Below are positions 45,932-57,500 of a stretch of DNA of 64,000 nucleotides, in pieces. This stretch comes from Chitinophagaceae bacterium (GTDB lineage: Bacteria; Bacteroidota; Bacteroidia; Chitinophagales; Chitinophagaceae), in the NCBI GenBank assembly GCA_964229195.1, contig CAXRAX010000009.1, forward strand, positions 2,145-66,144, written 5' to 3'. A model generated the notes under the pieces. That model saw only the letters and a list, made by a program, of their open reading frames with translations. It was not told the origin of the DNA and searched no databases. Every line of letters begins with the position of its first letter. Position 1 is the first letter of the stretch. Both the position numbers and the translations under genes were made by a program.

Positions 45932-47548
45932 TTGAATCGTCTTTCGCCCATCCTGCTTCCCCTGCTCGGAGGGATCCTGCTGTCGGTCGCCTGGCCCACC
46001 CTTTCCTTCACCCCGCTACTGTTTGTGGCCTGGATCCCCCTGTTGTGGATGGAGACCCGGGTTGCCAACCGATGGCAATTTAGCGCGGGGGTCTACCTGC
46101 ACATGCTGGTCTGGAATGGTCTCACCACCTGGTGGATCTGGTACGCCTCGGTACCGGGAGCAGTTTCGGCCATCTTGGCCAATAGTTTATTGATGTGCCT
46201 GCCCTGGTGGGGCTACCGTTACGTCAAGCATAAAAGGGGACAGGCTGCGGGACTGATCGCCTTGCTCACCGGCTGGATGAGTTTTGAATACATTCATCTG
46301 CAAGATTGGGGACTGAGCTGGCCCTGGCTCACGCTGGGCAATGGTTTGGCCACACAACCCGGCTGGATCCAATGGTATGAGTACACCGGCACGAGTGGGG
46401 GAACGCTTTGGATCCTCTTGGTAAACATGTTGCTGTTCCTTCAGTGGCAGACCTATCAAAGGGATTCGACACAAAAACGTTTCCCCTATCGATGGATCGC
46501 CTTGGCCATCTTATTTCTGCCGATCGGTGTATCAAAATGGATCAGCCATCGCTCGGACAACAGAGCAGAGATCATTTCCGCCGTGGAGGTAGCCGTACTT
46601 CAACCCAACGTAGATCCGTATGAAAAAGTAAGCAGTTACGCTTCGTTTGATATTCAGCTGCAAAACCTTATCCGACAAAGCGAGGCGGGCATCTCCGATC
46701 AAACCAAGTTGTTGATCTGGCCCGAAACCGCGCTCTATCGGTTGGGGGGTATTGGTGAGAGAGAATTGCGGGAGCGAGGTCGGGCCTTTGATTCGCTATG
46801 GGCTTTCTTGCGGCGTCATCCTCAACTAACCCTGTTCACCGGTGTAGAGAGCTATGGGATCACGACTCAAAAAACACCCAACAGTGTGGCCGCCCCCGAT
46901 TGGCTTTACCCACCTGGTCAGACAGGACCCCTGTACGTAGAGTCATACAACGGCGCGGCCCTGCTCGATACGGCCGGCGCCAGCCAATTCTACCACAAAT
47001 CGAAGCTGGTACCGGGGGTTGAAACCCTTCCCGGTTTCTTGCAATTCCTGGCTGCCTGGTTTGAGGAATTCGGAGGCACTTCCGGTGGCTATACGCCTCA
47101 GCCGGATCGAACCGTGCTGCCTACCTCCGTTGGCTTTCGGTTGGCCCCGGCCATCTGTTACGAAAGTATTTACGGGGAACACCTTAGCCAATACGTGCGA
47201 AAAGAGGCCAACCTGCTGGCCATCATTACCAATGATGGCTGGTGGCAAAACACCCCCGGACACAAGCAACACGCCCTCTATGCCGGATTGCGTGCCATCG
47301 AAACCCGGTGCTGGGTGGTGCGCAGTGCGAATACAGGGATCAGCGGCTTTATTGATCCCGTCGGAAAATGGATCGAACCACAGCCCTATGGCACAGCTGC
47401 CTGTGTGACGCAGAAAATTCCCGTTGGTGGCGGACGGACCACGTTTTTTGTACGCTACGGCGACATACTATCCAAAGCGGCGTTAATGTTTTGTTTTGGG
47501 ATTTGGATTTGGTCCTGGGTGTACCGACGGGGGAAGGAAAATTCCTAA
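45932..47548 (+). CDS. lnt: Apolipoprotein N-acyltransferase
   Basis: Polytopic N-terminal half. CN-hydrolase half with LLIWPETA, the catalytic Cys context PAICYESIYGE and ITNDGWW. The start codon is apparently TTG. Confidence 0.88.
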   Translation: MNRLSPILLPLLGGILLSVAWPTLSFTPLLFVAWIPLLWMETRVANRWQFSAGVYLHMLVWNGLTTWWIWYASVPGAVSAILANSLLMCLPWWGYRYVKHKRGQAAGLIALLTGWMSFEYIHLQDWGLSWPWLTLGNGLATQPGWIQWYEYTGTSGGTLWILLVNMLLFLQWQTYQRDSTQKRFPYRWIALAILFLPIGVSKWISHRSDNRAEIISAVEVAVLQPNVDPYEKVSSYASFDIQLQNLIRQSEAGISDQTKLLIWPETALYRLGGIGERELRERGRAFDSLWAFLRRHPQLTLFTGVESYGITTQKTPNSVAAPDWLYPPGQTGPLYVESYNGAALLDTAGASQFYHKSKLVPGVETLPGFLQFLAAWFEEFGGTSGGYTPQPDRTVLPTSVGFRLAPAICYESIYGEHLSQYVRKEANLLAIITNDGWWQNTPGHKQHALYAGLRAIETRCWVVRSANTGISGFIDPVGKWIEPQPYGTAACVTQKIPVGGGRTTFFVRYGDILSKAALMFCFGIWIWSWVYRRGKENS

Positions 47549-47591
47549 TTTCACTGATCCATCCCACAACAAGTTTGTTGTTAAGGTATCC

Positions 47592-50213
47592 ATGAAGAAA
47601 CTCCTGCTCACCGCCATGCTTTCGCTGTCGCTGGTGTTCGCCGAGGCGGCGCACATCAAAGGAGGTTTTTTTTCCTATCAATATCTCGGACCCGGACAGG
47701 GCACCAACCTTCGCTACCGGATTACCCTGACGGTGTACATGATTTGTAGCCCCTCAACCGGACAGTTATCCAACCCCATCAACTTCAGCATCTTCAACGC
47801 CGGCAACAACCAGTTCATCCAGAACGTCAGCGTACCGATCACCAACCAGTACAATTTGGGGAAAGCAGGCGATGAACCCTGTATCTCCGGTGATCAAAGC
47901 GGATGTTATTACACGATCGTCATCTATGACTTGCCAGTGATCGAACTGGCGCCCTCCGCCTCCGGTTACATCATCGCCTATCAGCGTTGCTGCCGGATCG
48001 CCGGTATCAACAATATTCAGAATTCCGGAGCGGTCGGCAATACGTTCTCCATACAGATCCCCGGAACGAATGTGTTTGCCGGTGCGGAGACCAACAGCAG
48101 CCCGCAGTTTCTGGTGAACGACACCGCCGTCGTCTGCGCCAACAACTATTTTCAATACTCCTTCCAAGCTTCCGATCCGAATGGCGATTCCCTTGCATAC
48201 GATCTATGTGATGCCATTCAGGGTGGCGATCAAACCAACAACTCACCCCCCACGGCGGCCAATCCCCCCTATGGTGCCGTTCCCTATTCATTTGCTTACT
48301 CCGGTGCGTTTCCGATGGGACCGGCCGTGACCATCAATTCCCAGACCGGACTCATCAGCGGCACAGCCCCAAGCATGTCGGGTGAATACGTAGTGTGCGT
48401 CTGCGTTCGAGAATACCGAAACGGTGTCTTGATCAGCACCACCCGAAAGGAACTACACATTCGAGTGGGAGATTGTACACCCCTCAATGCCCAACTCTCC
48501 CCCCGTACCACTACCTGTGAGGGATTCACCGTGAGTTTCAGCAATGAGGTTAACAATCCTTCGAATGCAGAGTTTGTTTGGTCCTTCGGTCAGCCTCAAC
48601 TGGGCAATGGCGACACTTCTTATCTGCCCGCGCCCACCCACACCTATACCGATACGGGCACCTACATCGCCAAATTGAGAATCTCGCTGCCGGGCGGACT
48701 CTGTGCCGATACCGCCAACGTAGTGATCCGCGTGTATCCGGGCTTCTTCCCGGGTTTTCTCGTGAACGGAAGTTGTTACACCACCCCTTATCAATTCACC
48801 GACACGACCCGTACCAATTATGGAGTGGTCGATAGCTGGTCTTGGAATTTTGGAGACGTCAGCACCTTGGCCGATACGTCGCGAAATCAAAATCCGCAGT
48901 GGACCTTCAATGCACCCGGACCAAAAACCGCCACCCTCATTGTCACCAATTCAAAAGGATGTAAAGACACGGCCCAGGTGAATTTTGTGGTGCTGGACAA
49001 ACCCATCCTCAATCTGCCATTCCGAGATACCCTGATCTGCGTGCCGGATACGATTCAATTGCAAGCCAACGGATCTGGCACCTTCAATTGGCAACCCAAC
49101 ACCAATATCCTCAATCCCAATACGCCGAATCCAAGAGTATATCCATCCGCCACCACCTGGTATTACGTAAACCTGACGGAGAATGGATGTACCAACCTTG
49201 ACTCGATACGCGTGCGGGTCACCCAAGGCGTGCAACTCTCCATTAGTGCCGATACCACCATCTGCCGGGGAGACGCCATACAACTGCAAGCCAGCGGAAA
49301 TGCCACGGCGTATAATTGGTCGCCCCCGATCGACCTCAGCAATCCGAGCATTGCCAATCCGATCGCCACCCCCCTGGCTCCCAATATCACGTATCAAGTA
49401 ACGGGCAGCATCGGTACCTGTCGCGATATCCGTACGGTAAGCATTCGCACGATTCCCTATCCGCAAGCCAATGCCGGAAACGATCTGACACTTTGTTTCA
49501 ATACGTCGGGGCAATTGCAAGCGCAGATCACGGGCAACCGATTTCAATGGAGCCCCACCGCCTACCTGAACAACCCCAATATCCTGAACCCCTTGGCCAC
49601 CCCGCCTCGTACTACGATGTACAAATTGTTCGTGTACGATAATCTGGGCTGCCCCAAACCCGGTATCGATTCGGTGTTGGTGACGGTGCAACCCCGGATC
49701 CGTGCAAATGCCGGGCGAGATACGGTCGTGATCATCGGCCAACCCCTTCAACTGAACGGCAGCGGTGGCGTGAGCTATACCTGGTCGCCTGCGATCGGAC
49801 TCAACAGCACCATCATCCCCAACCCGATTGGCATCTATGGACCCGGTATCGATAGCGTACGGTATAAACTCGTCGTACGGGATGCAGCCGGCTGCGCCGA
49901 TTCGTCGTACATGACGGTACGCGTGTATCGAACCCCCGTGAGCATTTTTGTTCCCACTGCGTTTACGCCCAATGGCGACGGACTCAATGACCTCGCTCGG
50001 CCCATCTGTGTGGGCATCCGAAAGATCCACTATTTCACCATCTATAACCGCTGGGGTGAAATGGTATTTACCACCAACCAAGACCGACACGGATGGAATG
50101 GCATTCATAAAGGTCAGCCGCAAGGCTCGGCCGTATTCGTTTGGGTAGTGAGTGCAGAGGACTACGACGGAAAACCTTATTTTGGCAAAGGAACCGTAAC
50201 CTTGATCCGATAA
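47592..50213 (+). CDS. T9SS type-B C-terminal sorting domain (gliding-motility CTD) surface protein
   Basis: The ATG at 47592 gives MKKLLLTAMLSLSLVFAEA. There are multiple Ig/PKD-like repeats and the C-terminus AFTPNGDGLND...YNRWGEMVF...KGTVTLIR. Confidence 0.85.
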   Translation: MKKLLLTAMLSLSLVFAEAAHIKGGFFSYQYLGPGQGTNLRYRITLTVYMICSPSTGQLSNPINFSIFNAGNNQFIQNVSVPITNQYNLGKAGDEPCISGDQSGCYYTIVIYDLPVIELAPSASGYIIAYQRCCRIAGINNIQNSGAVGNTFSIQIPGTNVFAGAETNSSPQFLVNDTAVVCANNYFQYSFQASDPNGDSLAYDLCDAIQGGDQTNNSPPTAANPPYGAVPYSFAYSGAFPMGPAVTINSQTGLISGTAPSMSGEYVVCVCVREYRNGVLISTTRKELHIRVGDCTPLNAQLSPRTTTCEGFTVSFSNEVNNPSNAEFVWSFGQPQLGNGDTSYLPAPTHTYTDTGTYIAKLRISLPGGLCADTANVVIRVYPGFFPGFLVNGSCYTTPYQFTDTTRTNYGVVDSWSWNFGDVSTLADTSRNQNPQWTFNAPGPKTATLIVTNSKGCKDTAQVNFVVLDKPILNLPFRDTLICVPDTIQLQANGSGTFNWQPNTNILNPNTPNPRVYPSATTWYYVNLTENGCTNLDSIRVRVTQGVQLSISADTTICRGDAIQLQASGNATAYNWSPPIDLSNPSIANPIATPLAPNITYQVTGSIGTCRDIRTVSIRTIPYPQANAGNDLTLCFNTSGQLQAQITGNRFQWSPTAYLNNPNILNPLATPPRTTMYKLFVYDNLGCPKPGIDSVLVTVQPRIRANAGRDTVVIIGQPLQLNGSGGVSYTWSPAIGLNSTIIPNPIGIYGPGIDSVRYKLVVRDAAGCADSSYMTVRVYRTPVSIFVPTAFTPNGDGLNDLARPICVGIRKIHYFTIYNRWGEMVFTTNQDRHGWNGIHKGQPQGSAVFVWVVSAEDYDGKPYFGKGTVTLIR

Positions 50214-50221
50214 TTTCAATT

Positions 50222-50980
50222 ATGGCCAGAACCATCTTCATCACCGGCGCCAGCTCCGGATTTGGCAAAGCCTGTGCCGAAAAATTTGCCGCCGCAGGCG
50301 ACCGTCTGATCTTATTAGCCCGCCGAAAAGATCGGTTGCAAACCCTGGCCGATGCCTTGAAGAAAAATTATCAAACCGAAAGCCTGATCCTTGCGGCCGA
50401 TGTGCGCGATCAATCCGCGATCACCCAACTGATCGAGGAGTTGCCCACCGAATGGAGTCAGATCGAGGTGCTCATCAACAATGCCGGCTTGGCCCTGGGC
50501 CGCGACTTTTTTGAGGAAGCCAATCTCAGCGATTGGAACACTATGATCGACACCAACGTAAAAGGACTGCTCTATGTGGCGCAGGCTGTGGCCAAGAAAA
50601 TGTCGGTCCAAAAACACGGACACATCCTGAACATCGGCTCGATCGCGGGCAAAGAGGTTTATGAAAAAGGAAATGTGTACTGTGCCACCAAATTTGCCGT
50701 GGATGCCATCAGCAAAGCCATGCGGATCGATCTGCTGCGCCACGGCATCAAGGTAACTGCCATCCACCCTGGTGCAGCCGAAACGGAATTCTCGCTCGTG
50801 CGCTTCAAAGGCGATGCCGAAACGGCCAAACAAGTTTATAATGGTTTCAGTCCCCTTACGGGAGAAGATGTTGCAGCCGTGGCATTCTATTGCGCCGGTT
50901 TACCCGCCCATGTCTGCATCAACGACCTCACACTCACTTGTACCCAACAGGGTTCCTCGATACACTTTCAAAAGGACTGA
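50222..50980 (+). CDS. SDR-family NAD(P)-dependent oxidoreductase (YdfG-like)
   Basis: The ATG at 50222 gives MARTIFITGASSGFG. Also NNAG and the catalytic YCATKFAV (YxxxK). Confidence 0.88.
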   Translation: MARTIFITGASSGFGKACAEKFAAAGDRLILLARRKDRLQTLADALKKNYQTESLILAADVRDQSAITQLIEELPTEWSQIEVLINNAGLALGRDFFEEANLSDWNTMIDTNVKGLLYVAQAVAKKMSVQKHGHILNIGSIAGKEVYEKGNVYCATKFAVDAISKAMRIDLLRHGIKVTAIHPGAAETEFSLVRFKGDAETAKQVYNGFSPLTGEDVAAVAFYCAGLPAHVCINDLTLTCTQQGSSIHFQKD

Positions 50981-51099
50981 TTTTCGAAACTTCCCCTCGT
51001 AGTTTTCCGATTTAAATATCTTTTTCTGCTGATTTTCCCTCCTTTGTTTGGAATAGGCATGGGCAGGATCCTATTTTTAAATCAATCCTACCCTACCCT

Positions 51100-51579
51100 A
51101 TGAAATTGAAACTCCTGACCGTCACGCTGATCTTGTCGCTGACCGTTCCGGCAATGGCACAAGTCGGCTCCAACCCTCAGATCCGTTCGCAAGCAGACAG
51201 CCTGAAAAATCTCTATGCCCACGATGGCTTTCAGCTGCTCAAAGAAACGCCCCTGCAAATGGAAAGTGAATACGAGATTCCCATCGTACTGCCGCTGACC
51301 CGGGGAACCTTTTATCAATTTGTCTTTATTGGCGAACAAACTTCGCGCCTCTACGAAGTACGTATGTACGACTGGCAGGAAAAACAAGTTGCTTTTCTTC
51401 AGAAACGATGGGGAGACGTGGATGGAAACGTGATCGCCTTTTCCTATATCCCCAAATCATCCGAGTACCACCTGGTGCGACCGGTACAGGTCAACAAACA
51501 GCAAAAACGAAACCTGAACGGGTATGTGATGCTGTTCAAGAAATCGGCCGATGTTTCGGCGTCGATCCGGACAAAATAA
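51100..51579 (+). CDS. Hypothetical secreted protein
   Basis: 159 aa with the signal peptide MKLKLLTVTLILSLTVPAMAQ. I recognise no family. Confidence 0.6.
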   Translation: MKLKLLTVTLILSLTVPAMAQVGSNPQIRSQADSLKNLYAHDGFQLLKETPLQMESEYEIPIVLPLTRGTFYQFVFIGEQTSRLYEVRMYDWQEKQVAFLQKRWGDVDGNVIAFSYIPKSSEYHLVRPVQVNKQQKRNLNGYVMLFKKSADVSASIRTK

Positions 51580-51582
51580 ATT

Positions 51583-54500
51583 TTACTGTGCCAATGAGAT
51601 ACGCACTTGCACCCCGCCCCGGGTGTTGGTGATGGGGAAGGCACTGCTGATCTTGGGTATGTTCCGGTTTTGCTCGAAGTAGAGCTTGAGGTTGATACGA
51701 TTATTCAATACATAATCGATCGAGGGCGCCAGGCGGATCACCCGCTGGCCGCCGGTTCCAAAAGAAGTTCCCTGATCCAACTTGCTATTCGAGGTGGCAT
51801 CGTCGCGCAAACTGAAATCCATCCGGATCGTTACGTCGTTGTCGAGCTTCATGCCGTTCTTGCCGATCTTGAGATTTTGGAAGAAGGGCAATCCTTTTTT
51901 ACGCCAGTTGAAGGCGAATGTGTACTCCGTGCTCTGATTCTCGGCTAGCTGATAATCGATCAAACTCAAACTGAGTTGCCGGCTCTTGCGCCATTCGAAC
52001 CGGGTGGTGATCTGGTTGGTAAAGGTCATATCCAACTCGATCAGCGGTTCAAACGCTTCTTGGATCGTGATGTTGGGCACCAGGAAATAAGGCACGAAGT
52101 TGCCGGTGAGTGTATCGCGGAAATACGGGAAGCCTACACGCAACGGATCGGTGAACAGCAGCGCGGTATTGAAGCTGTTCATACTCAAGGAACTTCTGTA
52201 TCCGTGTCGGATTGAAAAATTCGTGAAGATCTTATCCAATCCGGGTAGTCTCGACAACCCGTTATAGGTCAACTTCCAGTTGGGCAACGGCAACAGACCG
52301 GCAAAAGGATTGGAGCGAAGGGAAGGATTGCTATTCTGAACGGATTTCACGCGCAACGGGTCTTTGTCGGTATACGCCGCCAGAAAGGCCGGGATCACCA
52401 CATCCTGTGCATAGCGGCCGTAGCCTTTGAAATAGCCATCGGCATCGGTTCCGGATTGATAGGGATTGACGGAAGCGAGCTTGCCGGAGATGAGGCGGCG
52501 GTTAGACTCAAACTGTTTGAAGGTTTGGGAGACCTGATTCGGATCAAACGGTTCGAACAGGGTCTGGAAGGAGATATAACTGATGTTAAAGGAGCCCATT
52601 GCATAGGGATTGAGCCGTGCCAGTCCGGCAAAACCCGTGGTGTCTTTGTATAACTCCGAATACTGTTTGTCAAAGGTCTTGTCGAGATTCAGATCGATGT
52701 TGAAGTCGCGCAACGGGGTAACCTGAGCCGTCAGGTTCAATCGCTGGTTGTATCGCTGTTGGATCATGGCACTGACCAGCGAGTCGCGCGAGAGCAATCC
52801 CTTCGCTCCGAAACGATTGATCCAACTGGTATCGGGCTGATAGCCGAATAGGTAAGCAAAGCCGGGTTGCCCGCTTCGGATGTTCGATCCGAACAGCACC
52901 GTGCTGTCCATATAGCCCGGAAGAGAAGTACCAAAATCTTCCGTGTATTGAATGCCCACCCGCTTGAGGGAGGTAGCCAGTTTGGCAATGAATTTGGGAA
53001 CGGCACCGACCTCGGGCAACGGCTTCATTGCCGGCGGAATGCGAGGTTTTTTGATCTTGCGTTTTTTTATGCGAACGATCTTTCCTTTTTTATTGCGGAT
53101 GGTATCGTAGCGGAATTTCGGTCCATCGTCGGATGATCCCATCTCTGAATTAGTCTGTGGCCGTCCACCCGATTTATCGGCCTTGTCGCGATTGGACCTT
53201 CCGCCGCCCGACTTATCGCCTTTCTTATCCTGACTGCCGGTGGGATCAAGATCTGCCTCGTTCGATTGTTCGCCGGAACCGGCGTAAACCGCCCGCAGGA
53301 AACGCGACTTGTTGTACAGGTCCTCGAACTTCAACTCACCATTCAGGGTACGGGTCTGGGTGTTGCTGAGCGTGTTGCCAAGGGGCTTGGCCAGCAACGA
53401 GGCGGTTATCCAGTTGTACTTGGTATTGTAGCTGGCCCGCAACGAGGTCCAACTTAGCAGCGGGATCTTATTGGTAGGAACATTGTAATTCAGCGTCACG
53501 TCCTGTGCGTAATTAGTGTTACGCCCGCCTTTGAAAAAGTTCGAACGAACCGAATCTTTTTTGGCATCCGTATCAATGCGCCCGGCTGGTTCGTCGATGC
53601 GGGCATTGTTGGTGGCATTGAAATCGATGGAAATGGACCGAGTCAGGTTCCACTGAAGAATATAAAACCGATCGAAGGTGAAAAATTTATTGTAGGTCTC
53701 CGGTACCCGGTACGGGCCGCCTCCGACGTTACGGGGACGAGTTGCTCCAAACTGACGGAACACATCCGCCCGGATGCTGATTTGGGACGGAGCGTAATTG
53801 AAATTGAAATCCTTCAACCAGGCCAACCAGGGGGAATTCGATTTGATCCATTTCTTGAACGGCTCTACGGGCTGCACCTGCGGGGCATAGCTGTATCCGA
53901 TGGCACCGCGGGTCCGACGCATCTCATCTCGCTCGATCAACGGATTGTGGCTAATGGTTTGGATATAGGAGTAATTCAGATCGAAATTAGTGAGCGACCA
54001 GAGCTTGGGTTTCTTATCCCCTACCCGAAGTTTCTTGACATTGGTAAAATTCAAGGTCTTGATGGTGGTGATATCTTGCGCATCGTTTCGAATGGAATCG
54101 CGCTTATCCGCCTCCGCCAACCGCAACTTGTCTTTCAGGATAAGGTCGAGGTCGTACGGATCGTACTCGGGCGTACTGCTGCGGTGACTGATGGCCGCAT
54201 ACATGGGTAATTGAAGTCCCACTTGCTTGGGCAACAACTTGCCCAACTCCAGATTCAGGGAAGCGTCTAGCGTATAAACATCCTCCCGGCTGCGCTCATT
54301 CACGCGTTGCTCCAAGGTCCCAAATCCGCGCGAGCGCGCCGTGCCGGACAACGAAAGTGTACCCAGATCGGCCAACCGGATATCCGTTCGGGCCAAGGCC
54401 GACCATCCGCCTTTCTCATCCAATTGTTGCAAGCGAAGCTCATTGAACCATACCTCCGTACACATCGCCTCCTGTGTGGTATTTTCAACGCCCAAAAGCA

Positions 54501-57500
54501 TGCCTCGCACCTCACCCAAGTTCGGATTCCCGACGATCGCATACGAGCGGCCATTGGGCAGTGTTTCCTTGTAATACCGAGAGGGAGAGACGCCTAGTTT
54601 ATTTCGCCTTGTTTTGAGATCGGTCAGCTCCGCCAAATCAAAATCCAAATTATTGTCGGCCGGCCAGATCCTCAAACTATCCCGTTCACCAAAAGGCGTG
54701 ATCTTGAGCGGGATCTTCACTTCATAATAGTTACCGGAAAAATCATTACCGATCCGCACCACGGCGTTCAGATCCCCGAATTGGATCGGCTGGGCCCCTT
54801 GCACATCTTCGGCATGAATGAACATGGAAAGACGCGCGTACTGTCGCATGTCGATGTTCATGTTCTTGAAAATACCGCGCGACTCGTACATGGGCAAGCC
54901 GCAAACCTGCATGCTCACCGCCTGCTCATTCAAAAACAGCGCTACGTTGTTGTTGCTCAGCTGCTGCTGCCGTTCAATGCCCGGCGGTATCCGGTATACA
55001 ATGGGTTGGCGCTGATCATTCTCCTCCACGTTCACCGCAAGCACATTTACATTCACCGGATCCGGCAAGGGGATGGGTACAAAGTTGCCGGTGGTGTCAA
55101 GGTTGTTCCGATACTTTCGCCACTGGTTACGGACCAGCTCCAATTTGCCGAAACGAAGCACGACCGAATCCTGAAAACCGGTCATGAACATTCGAATAAA
55201 ACGGATCGACTTGAAATCCGGGATATTGCCCACTTTACGGGAATACTGCTCTACCGGAATCCGAAACAGATACCAGCGCTCGGTACGACTCTGTCCGTTT
55301 GCCAGCGTCACCGTAGGCGTTCTAACATCCGTAATGAAATTGGAACCCACGCTCATATTCGGCAGGATGTCTACCCGGTATTGGAAATATTCCTCTACTT
55401 CGTTCATGGTATTGTCGCGGTTCAATTCCTCTGCATCGGGATATTGCGTGAAGGCATTGACGAACTGGCTGTTGTTATTGGCGACCGGTGAGTTGCCATG
55501 GGGATTGTTGATGTTCTTGTATCGTTGCAAGATGCCGGCAACGGGCGCCTGATCAAACTGCTCATCCCGATAGGCTTTGAAATTATCGCCGGACGGATCG
55601 TTCAATGCCTGCTGGTAGATACGGGAGCCGGCACCGAAGGTTGTTTGAAGGGTATTCAAGTAGGACTGAAACTTGGTCTTCTCATTGCCATCGGTCAAGC
55701 CATCAAACCCAACATCCTGATACTGGCGATCGTCTGGAATGGTACTGAAGGCGTTGGTCACCTGCAGCGGAATCGACGGCACTTTACCCCAGACGGTGGA
55801 GCTATCTACCCGGGCATTGTTGGTGGGTGTGGGCAATCCGTTTTCGTATTGACGCTTTCCGTCCCGCAGCACATCCTCCGAGATATTACCCAGGTTAAAA
55901 TATAATTGTCCGCCTAACGGATTACCCGAGTTGGCCAGATATGGATCCTGTAACCAGAACTCGATGTACTCGATGTTGCCCGTCTCAAAATCGATCTGAT
56001 CGATGTTGCGCATCAGTCCGCCCCAGGATTGACGCGGATTCAACAACCGGCCATTCGCATCTACCCGAGCGTTTCGGGTCTCAAAATTATAGGGCCCGCG
56101 GTCCTTCGGATAAAAGGCCAGATCGAACGTAGTCAGCAGCCCCTCGCCAAATTGCGTGCTTCTTCGGGGGAAGATCTCTTTTTGGAGAACCTGTCGGGTT
56201 TCGGGGCGTGACAATTCATCCAAACTATTCTGCAGCGGATTGTTCGGGTTGCGTCTTTCCTGCAATACAGGCTCGATGTTGTACCAGGCCAGCTTGGCCC
56301 GGTTGTATCCGGAGCCCAGGTCGTTGCTCAGGGCAGACTCTGGGAATAAGCCATTGTTTTGTGGGATGGAGGCCAGCGTCCAACTGATCAGCGGAAAGCG
56401 CAGGTCAATACCGGCACGCGATCCTTCAAAATCATCGAGATAAACTTGTCCCGACCGATCCCTTGACCCGTCCGTATTCGTTCCGTTGATCTGACGGGCG
56501 TGACCGGGTTGCAGCACTGCTGCCTCGGCATACGAAGTGATCGAGGAAGGAGCCTTGGTCGAGTAGAAAGGAAGTTTATCGAGCAGTTTGGTCAGTCGGG
56601 GCACCTCGCTGTTATAATCCAAGTCGAACCCATACATGGTATTGCGGATTGGGTCTTCGCCATACAATTGTTTGATGAAGAAGGGACGTTCGCCCAGTCG
56701 CACCACCGTCCCGCCCAGTGTGAGTTTCTTGCTGGCCAGATAATCCAACCGCAGACCGAGGAAATTTCGTTGCTGAAAACCGAAGGCTTGGTTATTCTCG
56801 TAATTGATGTTGACGGGCACGCCCGAGCTGATGATGGCCTGGTTGATCACGCGCAGCGTACCCAGGTCGTAGTTGATCTCATAATCGACATTCTCGACCA
56901 GTACTTGTCCGCCAGCCGTCACCGTTACCGACCCGCGGGGAATATTAAAGCCCAATTGATACTCGGCTGTACCGCCATTGCCACCCATGCCACCGGTACC
57001 GCCCATACCACCGGCGCCGCCCATGCCGGAAGATTTGGAACGACCCACGATCTTGAATCGGTTGAGGTTTGCATAGGTCTGTGCGATGGCCTTGATGGTA
57101 TCGTAAAGTGGGTAGTAGAGGTACTTATCGCGGACGGTTGCGTTGGGATAGACATAATCCAGGTCCCGACCAAAAGGCTCCAACACCGGAAAGATCACCC
57201 GGCTTTGCTGGGAGATCACGGTAAATCCTTCAATGAAGTCAAAGACCCCGTCGGGTTGCGGGTCGTTCTGATTATTGAGCCGATCGAGATTTACGAGGGA
57301 AATGATGGGCTGACCCTTGTACGGATCCACCACATCGCTCGGCGGCAGATAACGTTTCTCGCCTAAGCTGGGTTCTTCGTAGAGCAGATCGAGCGTGAAA
57401 TCCTGACGCTCCAGTTGACCAAACCCGACCGAATACACATTCTTCATCATCAGTTTCCAGATGGGCAGGTTGGTGCGTTGGGAGGTCGCCTTCAGCAATT

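Noticed and set aside
48951-50219. 422-aa minus-strand ORF opposite the second T9SS cargo gene
   Set aside because: It is a shadow ORF. The plus-strand frame has a signal peptide, Ig-like repeats and a type-B CTD, while the antisense product is low-complexity.
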